Position numbers and translations under genes: made by a program
Notes under the pieces: model-generated
Database searches by the model: none
Told to the model about the DNA's origin: nothing
The model's input: the letters and a program-made list of their open reading frames with translations, nothing else
Origin: Deltaproteobacteria bacterium
GTDB taxonomy: Bacteria; Myxococcota_A; UBA9160; SMWR01
DNA length: 52,461 nucleotides
NCBI GenBank assembly: GCA_032128375.1
Contig: JAQBGU010000065.1
Coordinates: 1 to 52,461 of the forward strand
Reading direction: 5' to 3'
Shown here: positions 9,559 to 20,190 of the stretch, piece after piece
How positions within the stretch are numbered: position 1 is the first letter of the stretch
Layout: every line of letters starts with the position of its first letter

Positions 9559-10935
9559 CTAGGCGGCAGTGTGCGCGTCGAGCGCGGTCTTCCAGCGCCC
9601 GCTGCGGAAGCGCCACGAGAGCATCGTCGCTTTTACGATGTAGTCGGCGATCAGCGCTGCGAAAATCCACTCTGCGCTCCAGCCCAGCCGCCAGAACAAG
9701 AAGGACAGACCCAGCCGGGCTCCGAGCAGACCCGCGAGTACCGTGATGAACGGAAAACGCGTGTCTCCGGCGCCGCGTAGCGCGCCGCCAATCGAGAACT
9801 CGATCGCCATCAGCGCTTGTACCGATCCCAACACGTAGATGAACACCACCGTCAGTCGAATGACTTCCGGATCGTCGATCAGGAAGCTCGCGATCGGCTC
9901 TGCGAAGCCGATGATCACAGAGCCGAATAGCACCATCACGCCGATCGACATCTGCATCGCCTGCCAGCCGCTGCGCTCGGCGCCATCGGCATCACCGGCG
10001 CCGAGGCGCTGACCCACCAGCGTCGAACCGGCGATCGAAAAGCCGAAGCCGACGACGAACGAGAACGACAGGATGTTCGCCCCGATTCCGTACGCGGCAA
10101 ACGGAGCGGTCCCGTACGCGGCCAAGATCCACATGAAGGCGATGAATCCCCCTTGCCACGCGGTTTGCTCGAGCGCCGCCGGGTAGCCGATTCTCAGAAG
10201 TCGTCCCACCAGGCCGCGGGAAAAATGAGCGCGCCGGCCGGCCCCGATCACCAACCGGCCGCGCAACCACAGCGTAAGCAGGATGATCGCTCCGGTCGAA
10301 AACGCCAGACCACTACCCAACGCAGCGCCCGCAATGCCCATCTGCGGCATGCCGAACTCGCCGAATACCAATGCGTAGACCAGAATCACGTTGACGACGT
10401 TGGTCACCGCCCCGATCCACAACGGTGTGATCGTATCTCCGGCCGCGCGCAACGCGGTGCCGAGCGCGATATTGATCGCGAATGCGATGTTGAAGAAGCT
10501 CAAGCAGCGGATGAATTGGCCCGCTAGCGCGACGGTCTCGGGCTCCAGCCGGAAAATTCCTGCAAGTTGGTCGGCGAACAAGACGCCGGGAGCGGTCATC
10601 GCCACAGACACGCCGACGCAAAGCCAGACGGAAGTCAGTGTGACTTCGGCGGCCTGCTGACGATTGTTGGCCCCCCAGGCGCGCGCGACCAGCGCGGTCG
10701 TACCGGTGGTGATCGCCATCAGCACGGCCTGGAAGATGAAGAAGATCCGGTGGCCTGTGGTCGTCGCGGCCAGCGCCGATGCACCGAGCGTCCCGACGAT
10801 CTTGATGTCGACCATGCCGACCGCGGACATCAACAGGTTAGACGTGATCGCCGGCCACGCGAGTTCCCAGATGCCGCGGCGCTGGTAGCCGATGCGCGAT
10901 TGATCCGCGCCGATGTCGGTTGCGATCGCTGTCAC
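9559..10935 (-). CDS. MATE family efflux transporter
   Basis: About 12 TM; LRAAGDT / LRGAGDT repeated motifs, NVILVYALVFG; GTG start inferred. Confidence 0.9.
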   Translation of the reverse strand: MTAIATDIGADQSRIGYQRRGIWELAWPAITSNLLMSAVGMVDIKIVGTLGASALAATTTGHRIFFIFQAVLMAITTGTTALVARAWGANNRQQAAEVTLTSVWLCVGVSVAMTAPGVLFADQLAGIFRLEPETVALAGQFIRCLSFFNIAFAINIALGTALRAAGDTITPLWIGAVTNVVNVILVYALVFGEFGMPQMGIAGAALGSGLAFSTGAIILLTLWLRGRLVIGAGRRAHFSRGLVGRLLRIGYPAALEQTAWQGGFIAFMWILAAYGTAPFAAYGIGANILSFSFVVGFGFSIAGSTLVGQRLGAGDADGAERSGWQAMQMSIGVMVLFGSVIIGFAEPIASFLIDDPEVIRLTVVFIYVLGSVQALMAIEFSIGGALRGAGDTRFPFITVLAGLLGARLGLSFLFWRLGWSAEWIFAALIADYIVKATMLSWRFRSGRWKTALDAHTAA

Positions 10936-11042
10936 AGCAGGTTCCCGAATGTCGATAATGCGCGGCGGGCGCTCGCGCGGGATGGCTCGATTGGACTGGG
11001 CTCTCAGTTCGCTTCGATATTCGACTCGACCGGGCGCGCGCA

Positions 11043-11525
11043 GTGGCGGTCGTGGAGCCGACCCGGGCAGATTCGTCTGGCACGGACGTAGCTTTGTCCG
11101 CGACCCATCCCCAACCAAAACTGTCGCTGGGAGTCGGCTCCCATTCGGAGCGCCGGGAGCATAACGCAATAATTCTGGCCGTCAGCCGGTGCAATCGCGC
11201 GCCGACAGAGCCGCGCCATGAATCTCCCCCTCGAAAAGCAGCCACAGATGGATGGCCTCGACGGCTTCGCCGTCTGCCAGAGCCGCTCCGCGGCTTCTGC
11301 GATGCGGTCTGCACCTCCGGCCAGCCGAACCAGGTCCGCGTGTATCGCGCTCGGTCGCGTCGCGTAGACGAAGTGGCACTGACAGCTGACGCCGACCACA
11401 AGCAGACTCTGGTCATCTACCTCGCCGCCCATCGTCAACGGTTCGCGTCCCAAGGCCAGCGCAACTTCTGGCTCACTCGCTGGATCGAACGCGAGATCGC
11501 CCGAACCCTGAAGCCGACCAGCTGA
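11043..11525 (+). CDS. Possible hypothetical protein (start uncertain)
   Basis: Only ORF filling the gap between MATE and addA; no recognised motif. Confidence 0.25.
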   Translation: MAVVEPTRADSSGTDVALSATHPQPKLSLGVGSHSERREHNAIILAVSRCNRAPTEPRHESPPRKAATDGWPRRLRRLPEPLRGFCDAVCTSGQPNQVRVYRARSRRVDEVALTADADHKQTLVIYLAAHRQRFASQGQRNFWLTRWIEREIARTLKPTS

Positions 11526-11556
11526 CGTCGGGTCATTGCCGCAAGCCAGCCTCGTA

Positions 11557-14500
11557 TCAGAGCGAAAGCAGGATCGGCGTGGCGGGTTCCGCAGTGGCCT
11601 GGCTGATCGCAGCCGCATACAGGCGGAGCTGTACGCCGTATTGCGAGAGGTTGGGCGCGAGGTCGCGATCGGTCTTGAAGTCGACGACGGTCCAATGCGG
11701 GGTCGGCCCCGTCAGCTCTCGGAATGCGAGGTCGACGACTCCCTCGACGAGGATGCCGTCGTCGCGCAGCAGTGAAACCGGCGTTTCGCGGCGCAGCTGG
11801 TCGGCGGCGGCGGCACGTCGCAGCAGCGGGTGAGCCAGGGCCGCCAGTGTCGTTGCGACTGCGGCCTCGACTTCATTTGCACAGGCACCCAGTAGGCGCC
11901 CTTCGGTAACCGCGGCCGCATGGACACGACGTTCGTCGGCCCCGAGGTCCACCACCGCCAGCGTCGCATGAACCAACGTGCCGAACCGCTTGCCGCTCGG
12001 CCGATTGCTTCGATCGACGATTACCTGCTCGACGTCGACTGGGATCTCGAGCGCGACCTCGGCCGCATCGGTTGCTCGTTCGGGAGTTTCCGCGTGCGCC
12101 AGCTCCGTCACGGATAGGACTGCGATCGATGGCCGTTCCCCGGCCTCGAGCGCGTCGGTCCGGCGCCGCTGCCAGCGCTCGTGATCGCGGATGCCTTCTT
12201 CGGCCACGACGCCTTCTTCATCGGCCTCGAGGATGCGTTGTTGGCGCAGGCCGACCTCCTCTTTGCAATCGAGTTCGAGCGCGGCCGGGTCCCACCACAC
12301 GACGTCGTGCTCGCCAGCGCGCGGAACATGCAGACCCGGTGCGACCGAGCTGCGGGAGCCGGCTCGCGCGCTCGACGGGCGCTCGAACACGCTGTCGGAA
12401 CCGAACGCCGGACAACCTGGTGCGCTGCCGGCATCGCGCTTCCTGGCGCGCTCGGGGTAGATGACCGGGTCTAGGACTTCGAGCCAGCCGGGTGAATCGC
12501 GCGTGTACTCGTCTCCCACCACCGGCACGACCAACAGATCTCGCGCGCGCGTCGCCGCCACGTAGGTGAGGCGCACCGCCTCGGCGCGATCGCGCTCGAT
12601 TTCTTCATCGCGGTGATCGAGTAGATCCCAGGGAGCCGATCCGCACAACGGTTCTGCCCACACGCCGCGCTCGGAATCCACGAAGCGGCCGGGGAGTTCA
12701 CGGGTCGCGCGGCAGTTCGGGTCGGCGAGGATCACGACCGGAAACTCGAGCCCCTTGGCGCGATGAGCGGTCATGATCCGAACACCCTCAGTGCCCTCTT
12801 CGACGACCGGTGCGTCTTGTGCGTCGCCACGCTCGGCTCCGTCCTCGAGGTGTTCGACGAACGCCCGGAACGACACCGAACCTCGTCGCTCGAAGCGCCG
12901 AGCGATGTCGGCCATGCGCAGGCAGTTCGCCAACGCCTGCTCGCCGGTTGGCCAGATCGCGATGCCCGCATGAGCCCGTACCGCAGACAACAGACGCGAT
13001 ACGGTGTCTGCTGCAGGTGTGTAGTTTCGCGACATGTGAAGCCGTGCCAGGATCCCCAGCGCGTCGGCGACCTCGGTCTGCGCAGTATCGAGGTCGAATT
13101 CGCCGAGCGGCCGCATCGGGTGCAGGCTGCGAACCTTGTGTCGGAAGGACAACAGCGCATCGTCGCCAAGTGCGAAGAACGGCCCACGCAACGTCGCGAA
13201 GACGCGCAGTTCGTCGTCTGGCCACTCGATGGCGCACAGTGCGTTGCGCAGTGCCAGGACTTCCTCTCGGTCGTGGAACGAGTGACCTCCGACGAGCACA
13301 TGCGGCACTCGCCGCGCCTCGAGCGCGCGGACGTAGGGGCGCGTCACGTCGTCGCGGAAACTCTTGAACCGGCGAAACAAGATGCAAACATGCCGCGCTT
13401 CGATCGGAATGCGCCCGCCCTCAGCGGGGCCGTCCACCGTCCAGCCGCTGCACCGAATCAGCCAATCGACGAACCCCCCGACTGCGTCGGACAGCGATTC
13501 CTCGAGCTTCCACGACACGATGCGACCAAAATCGCCGTACGGTCTGGGCGCGGGAAGCGCGACGATCGTCGGTTGACCTGCGAATTCCTCGCGGCTGTGT
13601 TGCAGTGGGACGTACTGGGTTTGGATGTCGTCGGGCTCGATGTCGTCGGTCCCAACCGCTTCGCGCCCCATCACCGGGGCGAAGGCCGCATTGACTGCGT
13701 GCTGGATCGATGGGACGGCGCGAAAGCTGGTCGTCAGGTGCAGGACCGCAGCGCCCTGTGACACCAGCCGACGTTTCATGACCTCGTAGGTCGCGACATC
13801 AGCGCGCCGAAACCGGTAGACGGCCTGCTTGGGGTCGCCGACCAGGAACAGCTTGCCGGGAATCGGTGCGATCTGCGATGCATCGGTGAGTTCGGGACGA
13901 TCCGCGGCGAGAAGCAGCAATAGCTCGGCCTGTAGCGGATCGGTGTCCTGAAATTCATCGACGAAGTAGTGGCTGAATCGGCGTTGCAGTTCTGCGCGCA
14001 CGCTGTGGTTCTGACGGATCAGGTCGCGGGCCCGCAACATCAAGTCCAGAAAGTCGAGAATGCCGGCGCGTTGCTTCAGGAGTTCGTACTCGTCAACGAT
14101 CGGGCGCAGCTCTTCGCGCAGACACGGCGCCAGGTCCGCATCGGCGGCTTCGAGCAGATCGTCGAGCTGTTGCTTCACCGCGTCGCGTTTTTCGACCAGC
14201 TCGGCTCGGGAGTGTTCTGGCCCGTACGAACCGCGTCCTCGCCAGTGCCATCCAGTCGGGCGGCTTCGTGCGAGTTCTCGCAGCCCGGACTCCAGCGCAT
14301 CGTAGTCGCGGCCGCGCACGGCCTCTCGGAGCTGATTTTCGCCGAGAAAATCTCGGATGTTCTGGAAGTTTCTGGCGAGCCAGTCGTCGCGCTGGGTCGC
14401 CTGGTCGGCCAGTACCGCCAACCCTTCGAGCTGCTCGACGACATGGTCGATGCGTTGGGGTCGATCGAAGCTTTCGCGCCGCCACGCGGCAGTGAAGTCG

Positions 14501-15090
14501 CGGTGTTCGATCAGGCTGCGCGCGGCGTTGCGAAGCTGCTGACGTGGCCCCATCGCGTTGAAGCCCCGCGGTCGGCGCCGCAATACCCGGCGCACTCCTT
14601 CGGGCGGGTCGGCGAGAATGCGCTGAAACCAGCTGTCGAACGCGCGGTCGAGCAGGAGATCGGTCTCCTGTTCGGGTGCGACTTCGAACAGCGGGTCGAC
14701 GCCTGCCTCGACCGGTCGCTCGCGCAGCAGATCGCCGCAAAAGGCGTGGATCGTGCCGATTCTCGCGACCTCGAGCTTCTCGAGCGCGTCGTCGAGATGC
14801 GAGCGCGCCGGGCTACCGACCGTTTCAGCACTTCTGGCCCGTTCGATCTCTGTTCGCAGCCGCAGCTTCATTTCACCGGCCGCTTTCTCGGTGAAAGTCA
14901 CCGCGACGATCTTGTCGAGCGCTCCCGCACCCGACCTCAGAATGGAAATGATCCGCCCCACCAGCGCCGTCGTCTTACCCGTACCCGCGGCCGCTTCGAC
15001 GAATAACGTAGTGGCAAGGTCAGAATCGATGCGCAGACGCGCCGGTGCATCGGGCAAACTGTCTTCGACTCGCTTCACATCCAGCGTCAC
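11557..15090 (-). CDS. addA: AddA-like UvrD helicase/PD-(D/E)XK nuclease
   Basis: EAAAGTGKT, VTFTEKAA, VDEFQDT, VGDPKQAVYRFR, HRAKGLEF, YVAATRARD, C-terminal GVVDL..VVDFKT; GTG start overlaps the addB stop. Confidence 0.9.
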   Translation of the reverse strand: MTLDVKRVEDSLPDAPARLRIDSDLATTLFVEAAAGTGKTTALVGRIISILRSGAGALDKIVAVTFTEKAAGEMKLRLRTEIERARSAETVGSPARSHLDDALEKLEVARIGTIHAFCGDLLRERPVEAGVDPLFEVAPEQETDLLLDRAFDSWFQRILADPPEGVRRVLRRRPRGFNAMGPRQQLRNAARSLIEHRDFTAAWRRESFDRPQRIDHVVEQLEGLAVLADQATQRDDWLARNFQNIRDFLGENQLREAVRGRDYDALESGLRELARSRPTGWHWRGRGSYGPEHSRAELVEKRDAVKQQLDDLLEAADADLAPCLREELRPIVDEYELLKQRAGILDFLDLMLRARDLIRQNHSVRAELQRRFSHYFVDEFQDTDPLQAELLLLLAADRPELTDASQIAPIPGKLFLVGDPKQAVYRFRRADVATYEVMKRRLVSQGAAVLHLTTSFRAVPSIQHAVNAAFAPVMGREAVGTDDIEPDDIQTQYVPLQHSREEFAGQPTIVALPAPRPYGDFGRIVSWKLEESLSDAVGGFVDWLIRCSGWTVDGPAEGGRIPIEARHVCILFRRFKSFRDDVTRPYVRALEARRVPHVLVGGHSFHDREEVLALRNALCAIEWPDDELRVFATLRGPFFALGDDALLSFRHKVRSLHPMRPLGEFDLDTAQTEVADALGILARLHMSRNYTPAADTVSRLLSAVRAHAGIAIWPTGEQALANCLRMADIARRFERRGSVSFRAFVEHLEDGAERGDAQDAPVVEEGTEGVRIMTAHRAKGLEFPVVILADPNCRATRELPGRFVDSERGVWAEPLCGSAPWDLLDHRDEEIERDRAEAVRLTYVAATRARDLLVVPVVGDEYTRDSPGWLEVLDPVIYPERARKRDAGSAPGCPAFGSDSVFERPSSARAGSRSSVAPGLHVPRAGEHDVVWWDPAALELDCKEEVGLRQQRILEADEEGVVAEEGIRDHERWQRRRTDALEAGERPSIAVLSVTELAHAETPERATDAAEVALEIPVDVEQVIVDRSNRPSGKRFGTLVHATLAVVDLGADERRVHAAAVTEGRLLGACANEVEAAVATTLAALAHPLLRRAAAADQLRRETPVSLLRDDGILVEGVVDLAFRELTGPTPHWTVVDFKTDRDLAPNLSQYGVQLRLYAAAISQATAEPATPILLSL

Positions 15091-18000
15091 GGCAGGTCCC
15101 GGACAGCCGCTAACGCGTCGAGGGGTGGGGCCCACTTTCGGGCCGTCCGGAGTTCTTCGTAGGGGCCACAGACCACGCGGTAGTCGCAAAAGCGACAGGC
15201 ACCTTTCTTCGGTGCGGCCGGCAGGAACGGCTCGGCGAGCGCTGCGCCGATGGTTGCTGCCACCTGATCGGCGGACTCGCGGGCCTTGCGGTCCAGCGCG
15301 ACGCTGCGCTGTTCGAATCCTCCTGTCGCAGTGCAGTAGTACAGCCCGCCGGACGTCACCGTGGCGTCGGGAAATGCGCGCTCGGCGACCAGTGCGTACA
15401 GCACGGCCTGGAGCGACTCGCCGCCGCCGACGATTGCCGTCTTGGTGGCGCGGACCCGGCCGGTCTTGTGGTCGGTGACGCGCAGTCGGTTGTCGGCGTC
15501 GCGTTCGACCAGGTCGATCGAGCCGCGCAGCCGGATGCCACAATCGAGCTGTACCGGGTCCGGGTCCGAATGCGGATCGCGTTCGCGCCGGCCCGGGAGT
15601 CCAAAAGAAAACTCGAAGCGCCACGGAACGAATCCCGACTCGTCCTCGGCCGCCCTGCGCAACCACTCCCGAAGGTCCGCGCGCACATGGTCGACCCCAT
15701 CGTCCCAGATCCGGTCGATTGCCGGTGCGAGTTCATCGCGGTATCGCGTGGCGACGCGATCGAGAATTTCGTCGAGCGCGGCACGGGCCGCCGGGAGGTT
15801 GGCCGAATGGATCGGCAGCAGAGACTCGTCGCGCAACTTCCCGAACAATTCAAACTGAACTTCGTGTACCAGGGACCCGCGCTGCAGCGGGTTCAACTCT
15901 TCGATGGCTACCGGGACATCACGCGGCTGGAGCCGATGGATCGCCTGTAAGAAGAACTTGTACGGACACGTCGCGTAGTGCTGCAGTGCGGTCGGCGAGT
16001 AGCTGCGCGCGCTGAGCGCATGTGCCGCCATCGCGTCGCGAGCCGCCTGCGACGGTTTCACCAGACCGTCTGCCACCGTCCAACCCTGCAGCCATCGCCG
16101 CGCGCGGAACCGCAGGGCGCGGCCGAGATGCGGATTGCTGGTCATCAAGAAGCGCGCCGTTCCGACACTTTGTTCCGGTGAGAGATGCATCAAACTGTCG
16201 AGCAGGGCGAGATCGTGTTCCGCTTCATCGATCGCGTCGTGTGGCTCAGCGGGTGCGGGCCAACCGACCCGCGCATCGCTGGTGGATTCGGCGCGCTGCG
16301 CGAGTTCGCTGAAACCCGGGAGCCGACCTTCTGCGGCGCGCAGAACCTCGAGCGCATAGAAGGAAGGCACGCGGGATCGCGATTGATCGAGGTCGAGACG
16401 CGGGTACGAAAGCACGATCGACTGACTCGCAGCACCCACGGCCAGGCGAAGCGCGCGCCGTTCGTCACCGATCCGGTCCGTGTTCGTCCGCAGAGCGAAA
16501 CCGGCTTCCGCGAGCTGCTCACGCGCGGTGTCGAGCAACATCGGATCTTCGCGGATTTTCTGCGGGAACATCCGCTCTGCGAGGCCGGGAACGAAGACGA
16601 CTTCGAATGACATCCCGCGAGCGGCGTCGATGGGTGCCACGAACACGCGCCCGTAGCGGTTCGACGGCGGCGGGATCGAAACTTCCGTGAGCCGATTCGA
16701 AAGTACCCGCTGTACCTCGGATAACGTCACCGGTCCGATCGACTCCATCGGCGCCAGTTCCGACAAAACGGCCAACACCCGATCGGGATGCCGCAGCGCT
16801 CGTGTGGCGAGAGCACCGAGCTGGTCGAGCCATTCTCCCCACTGTGCATTGGCCGGAAGTGCCTCGAGAATGTCGAGAAGCGGCAGCGCGAAGTCGCGGA
16901 GGACTCTGAGCGACTCGAGGTCGGTCTGGATTCGCTGCGCCGAGGGGCCCTCCGCATCCTCCTGCTCGTCGCGGTGTATGCACAGCTCGCTCTCGAGGCC
17001 GCCAAGGCGCCGCTCCCAGCGAGCGCGGCCGCCAATCACCGCTGCGTCAACCAACAACCGTTCCCAGCGGCGCGGCGCACGCAAGCTGCCCGCGGTGACC
17101 CGGGCCGCCGCCGGGTTCGACTCGTCGATGCGCCGGCCGATTCCGAACTCGGCTCCGGGCAGCGCGCTCAAGGCCGGATGCGGGGCGCCGAGTGCGGTGG
17201 CGATGACTTCGGGAACCAGTTCTTCATCGGGCGCGACCCACCGATCCGCGGCTGGCGGCGCGGCAGGCGGCGCGCCATCTGGTGTCGGCGCGGGTACCTC
17301 ACCCAACGAGAGGTACTCGGAAAAGCGTCGCGCCGACAATCCTTCGCCCGCGCAAGCGAGCAGCGCGAGCAACGCGCGTCCGGCCGGATCTGGGCGCACG
17401 ACGCCCTTGGCGAAGTGAGCGGGGATGCCGGCACGCGCGAGCGCCTCTGCCAGATGCGGTCGGTAGTCTCGAGGGCTCCGCAGCAGAATCGCCATTCGAT
17501 CGAACGCGACGCCCTGTTCAGCGAAGCGCAACAGGCGGCGGGCAATCTCGATCGCCTCGCGGCCTTCGCCGGGCGCACTGAGGATTCGAACGTGCGGATC
17601 GAGGGCAGCTGGTGGTGGAGTGGCCTCCTCGAACAGGTGGACCTGGAGTCGGCGTAGGGTCGTGGCACTGGGCCCGAGCGCTATGGCTTCGCGATCGAGA
17701 TCGATGATGTCTATTTTTCGGTCCGAATTCTCTGTGCCCGAATTCTGTGGCCCAGCAAGCTCGAGTGGATGGGTCTCGCCGCAGGCGGCCGTCGCGAGTA
17801 CATCGCCCGATCGCGCGGCGATCGCGGACACGAGGTCCCGCTCGCACGGATTCTCGACAGGGACATCGAGCAATAGCGTTGGCAGATTCAACCATGGATG
17901 CCTGGCGTCGAGGTCGCGCGCGATCCGGATCGCGCGTTCGAAGATGTCGGCGCGGTCGACGAGGCGCTGAGATACCAGCTCGCGCTGGTACGCTTCGAAG

Positions 18001-18449
18001 ATGGCGCACAGCTCGGGCGCGACATTCTCGAGCGCCGCCGGTTCTACGCCGGCCAGCCGAAGTTCGCTGAGCGAAGTCGCCACGGCGCGCGCAAATCCCG
18101 GCCCAGCAGAGATGGGTTCGAAGCGACCGAGACCCGTCGCGCTGTCGGCCGCCTGGCTGTGGACGGCCCGAGCGACGATCGCCTCTGACGCGAGCCGACC
18201 GACCGTTGCGACTTCGTCATCGACGACCGAACGCATCGACAACTCAGCCGCGACTCGACCGAGTGTAGATCGATGCCAACCGAATGCCCCCCGCCGCTCG
18301 ATTGCGGCGCGCCGCACCAGGTCGTTGGCCGCGTCGCTGCTGGCAGCAATGATCAGCACCTGCTGTGCGGAATCACGATCTGCGAGCCACTGGGCGGCTC
18401 GCTCGATGCGGAGGTGCGCGGCGGAAGCCTGGACGACGGTCGTCGACAC
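15087..18449 (-). CDS. addB: AddB-like inactive helicase/PD-(D/E)XK nuclease with Fe-S cysteines
   Basis: SPTALQHYATCPY, RGSIDLVE, VTDHKTG, CRFCDYRVVC; translationally coupled to addA. Confidence 0.87.
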   Translation of the reverse strand: MSTTVVQASAAHLRIERAAQWLADRDSAQQVLIIAASSDAANDLVRRAAIERRGAFGWHRSTLGRVAAELSMRSVVDDEVATVGRLASEAIVARAVHSQAADSATGLGRFEPISAGPGFARAVATSLSELRLAGVEPAALENVAPELCAIFEAYQRELVSQRLVDRADIFERAIRIARDLDARHPWLNLPTLLLDVPVENPCERDLVSAIAARSGDVLATAACGETHPLELAGPQNSGTENSDRKIDIIDLDREAIALGPSATTLRRLQVHLFEEATPPPAALDPHVRILSAPGEGREAIEIARRLLRFAEQGVAFDRMAILLRSPRDYRPHLAEALARAGIPAHFAKGVVRPDPAGRALLALLACAGEGLSARRFSEYLSLGEVPAPTPDGAPPAAPPAADRWVAPDEELVPEVIATALGAPHPALSALPGAEFGIGRRIDESNPAAARVTAGSLRAPRRWERLLVDAAVIGGRARWERRLGGLESELCIHRDEQEDAEGPSAQRIQTDLESLRVLRDFALPLLDILEALPANAQWGEWLDQLGALATRALRHPDRVLAVLSELAPMESIGPVTLSEVQRVLSNRLTEVSIPPPSNRYGRVFVAPIDAARGMSFEVVFVPGLAERMFPQKIREDPMLLDTAREQLAEAGFALRTNTDRIGDERRALRLAVGAASQSIVLSYPRLDLDQSRSRVPSFYALEVLRAAEGRLPGFSELAQRAESTSDARVGWPAPAEPHDAIDEAEHDLALLDSLMHLSPEQSVGTARFLMTSNPHLGRALRFRARRWLQGWTVADGLVKPSQAARDAMAAHALSARSYSPTALQHYATCPYKFFLQAIHRLQPRDVPVAIEELNPLQRGSLVHEVQFELFGKLRDESLLPIHSANLPAARAALDEILDRVATRYRDELAPAIDRIWDDGVDHVRADLREWLRRAAEDESGFVPWRFEFSFGLPGRRERDPHSDPDPVQLDCGIRLRGSIDLVERDADNRLRVTDHKTGRVRATKTAIVGGGESLQAVLYALVAERAFPDATVTSGGLYYCTATGGFEQRSVALDRKARESADQVAATIGAALAEPFLPAAPKKGACRFCDYRVVCGPYEELRTARKWAPPLDALAAVRDLP

Positions 18450-18666
18450 GACGACATCCTATCCGTGCGTCTTGCGACCCGCGAGGTTTCCGGGCGTTCA
18501 CTCGATGGCTATCGTCGGCGATGCTGCGTCCAATACCGACACATCGGCCGCTGCAGCGATCTGGGGTTCGCACGACACCGCCAAAACAGTTGAGTTTTCC
18601 GGCACATGCACGTAGATTGAGAAGCCGTAGCGAGTGGTCCGCGAGGATGCGTCGCGTGCGCACCAC

Positions 18667-18702
18667 GTCGGAGATGTCGGAGATGTCGGAGATGTCGGAG
18701 AT
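18667..18702 (+). repeat. Perfect 9-bp tandem repeat x4 (gtcggagat)
   Basis: Direct reading; encodes (SEM)n at the VTC gene start. Confidence 0.95.
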
Positions 18703-19492
18703 GGCTGGTTTCGAGGCTCGCTTCGAGCGGCTCGAATTGAAATACCTGATCGATGAGTTTACCGCGGATCGGGTGAGACGCGATATCGAACCCTTTTGCC
18801 GCCCGGATGCCCACAACGGTACCGGTGGGGACAGCGGCGTGTTGGGTTACGGTATCTCCTCGCTGTATCTCGACAGTCCGGCACTGAAGCTGTTCTGGGC
18901 CAAAGAGCGTGGCGACCCAGAGCGTCTGAAGCTGCGGGTTCGCACCTATCGCGGCTCGTCGATTGCGGTGCTCGAACTCAAGCGCAAGATTTCAGATGTC
19001 ATCAGCAAGACCCGCGCGGGCGTCGCCCGCGCGCAAGTGGCGCCGATCGCGAGCGGCCGGCTGCCGCAGCCATCCCACCCAGAAGTCGATCGATTCCTGA
19101 ACGATTTCGCGCTCACTTCGATGAAAGTGGGCGCGCAGCCCACGCTGCACGTGCGTTACGACCGCGAAGCCTATTCGAGCGACGTCGATACCTACGCGCG
19201 CGTCACATTCGACCGCGGTATCCGGGCGCAGCGCACCCGCGATTGGGCGCTCGGCGCCGGGCCGGACGGCTGGGTGCCGTTCGACGACTACCGTCGACCC
19301 GATCAGCGCGATCGCACCGTCGTACTCGAACTCAAGTGTCAGTCGATCGTCCCGTGGTGGATCACGAACCTGATCCGCACGCACGCCCTCAAGCAGCAGT
19401 CGTTTTCGAAGTATGGGATCGGCATCTACCTGACGGGTCTGCTCAACGGCGAAGCCTCGCTGCCGCTTCGCTCGGCAAGAGCGTTGATTTGA
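18701..19492 (+). CDS. VTC-domain (polyphosphate polymerase domain, CYTH/TTM superfamily) protein
   Basis: ERLELKYLI, ISSLYLDS, RLKLRVRTY, LELKRK, YDREAY, RVTFDR, VLELK, FSKY motifs; several alternative in-frame ATGs. Confidence 0.88.
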   Translation: MAGFEARFERLELKYLIDEFTADRVRRDIEPFCRPDAHNGTGGDSGVLGYGISSLYLDSPALKLFWAKERGDPERLKLRVRTYRGSSIAVLELKRKISDVISKTRAGVARAQVAPIASGRLPQPSHPEVDRFLNDFALTSMKVGAQPTLHVRYDREAYSSDVDTYARVTFDRGIRAQRTRDWALGAGPDGWVPFDDYRRPDQRDRTVVLELKCQSIVPWWITNLIRTHALKQQSFSKYGIGIYLTGLLNGEASLPLRSARALI

Positions 19493-20181
19493 GTGCAAAC
19501 GACCTCCTGGCGCAGCTCGACCGGCTGGTTTCTGGCGGTAGCTGGGTGGCGCCGCTAACCACGCTGGTCGCCGCGTTCGTATTCGGCCAATTACTGGCGT
19601 GGACCTACGAGCGAACGTACAGCGGGCTCAGCTACTCGCGCGGCTTCAGTCACACACTGGTACTGGTGTGCATCAGTGCATCGATCCTGGTGCTCTCGAT
19701 GCAGTACTCGCTAATCGCAGGCTTGGGGCTATTCGGCGTGTTGTCGATGATCCGCTTCCGCACCGATCTGAAAACGTCGCGCGACCTGGTGTTCGTGATG
19801 GGGTCGGCCTGCGTGGGCGTAGCCTGCGGGGTGGGTGCCATCGTCGAGGCGCTGCTGGGCTCCGGCGTCTTTGCGCTGGTCGCGCTCTACCTGTTCCTCG
19901 GTCCGTTCGGCTCTCGATCTCGCTTCGACGGTGTGCTGCGCTTCCAGCTGCCCGCTCACGTCGATGCGGAACCCAACCTGACGCGCTTGATGCATTTGCA
20001 TTGCAGGCGGCGCCACCTGCTGTCCACGGCAGATATCACGGACGGCACGCAGCGAGAACATGTCTATCAGGTAAAGTTCTTCGGTGATCGCGATCGGGAA
20101 GACCTGCTGACAGCGCTGCGCCACGACCTCGGCGCGCTCGAGACTCGCTTGATGCTCCAGGACGCGACTTCGGAATACTGA
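19489..20181 (+). CDS. DUF4956-family membrane protein (MgtC-like TM region plus ACT-like C-terminus)
   Basis: YSRGFSHTL, GLGLFGVLSMIRFRTDLKTSRDLVFV signature; TTG start overlaps the VTC stop. Confidence 0.85.
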   Translation: MSANDLLAQLDRLVSGGSWVAPLTTLVAAFVFGQLLAWTYERTYSGLSYSRGFSHTLVLVCISASILVLSMQYSLIAGLGLFGVLSMIRFRTDLKTSRDLVFVMGSACVGVACGVGAIVEALLGSGVFALVALYLFLGPFGSRSRFDGVLRFQLPAHVDAEPNLTRLMHLHCRRRHLLSTADITDGTQREHVYQVKFFGDRDREDLLTALRHDLGALETRLMLQDATSEY

Positions 20182-20190
20182 CGGAAACTG

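Noticed and set aside
15091..15666. Long N-terminal extensions in the ORF track (addA shown; also MATE, VTC, DUF4956, TetR)
   Set aside because: Arg/Pro-rich, overlapping neighbouring genes; GC-rich open-frame artefacts. Downstream starts fit domain boundaries.
15087..15700. Cas4 or a novel defence nuclease
   Set aside because: The Fe-S PD-(D/E)XK domain is the C-terminus of AddB coupled to AddA, an ordinary repair complex.
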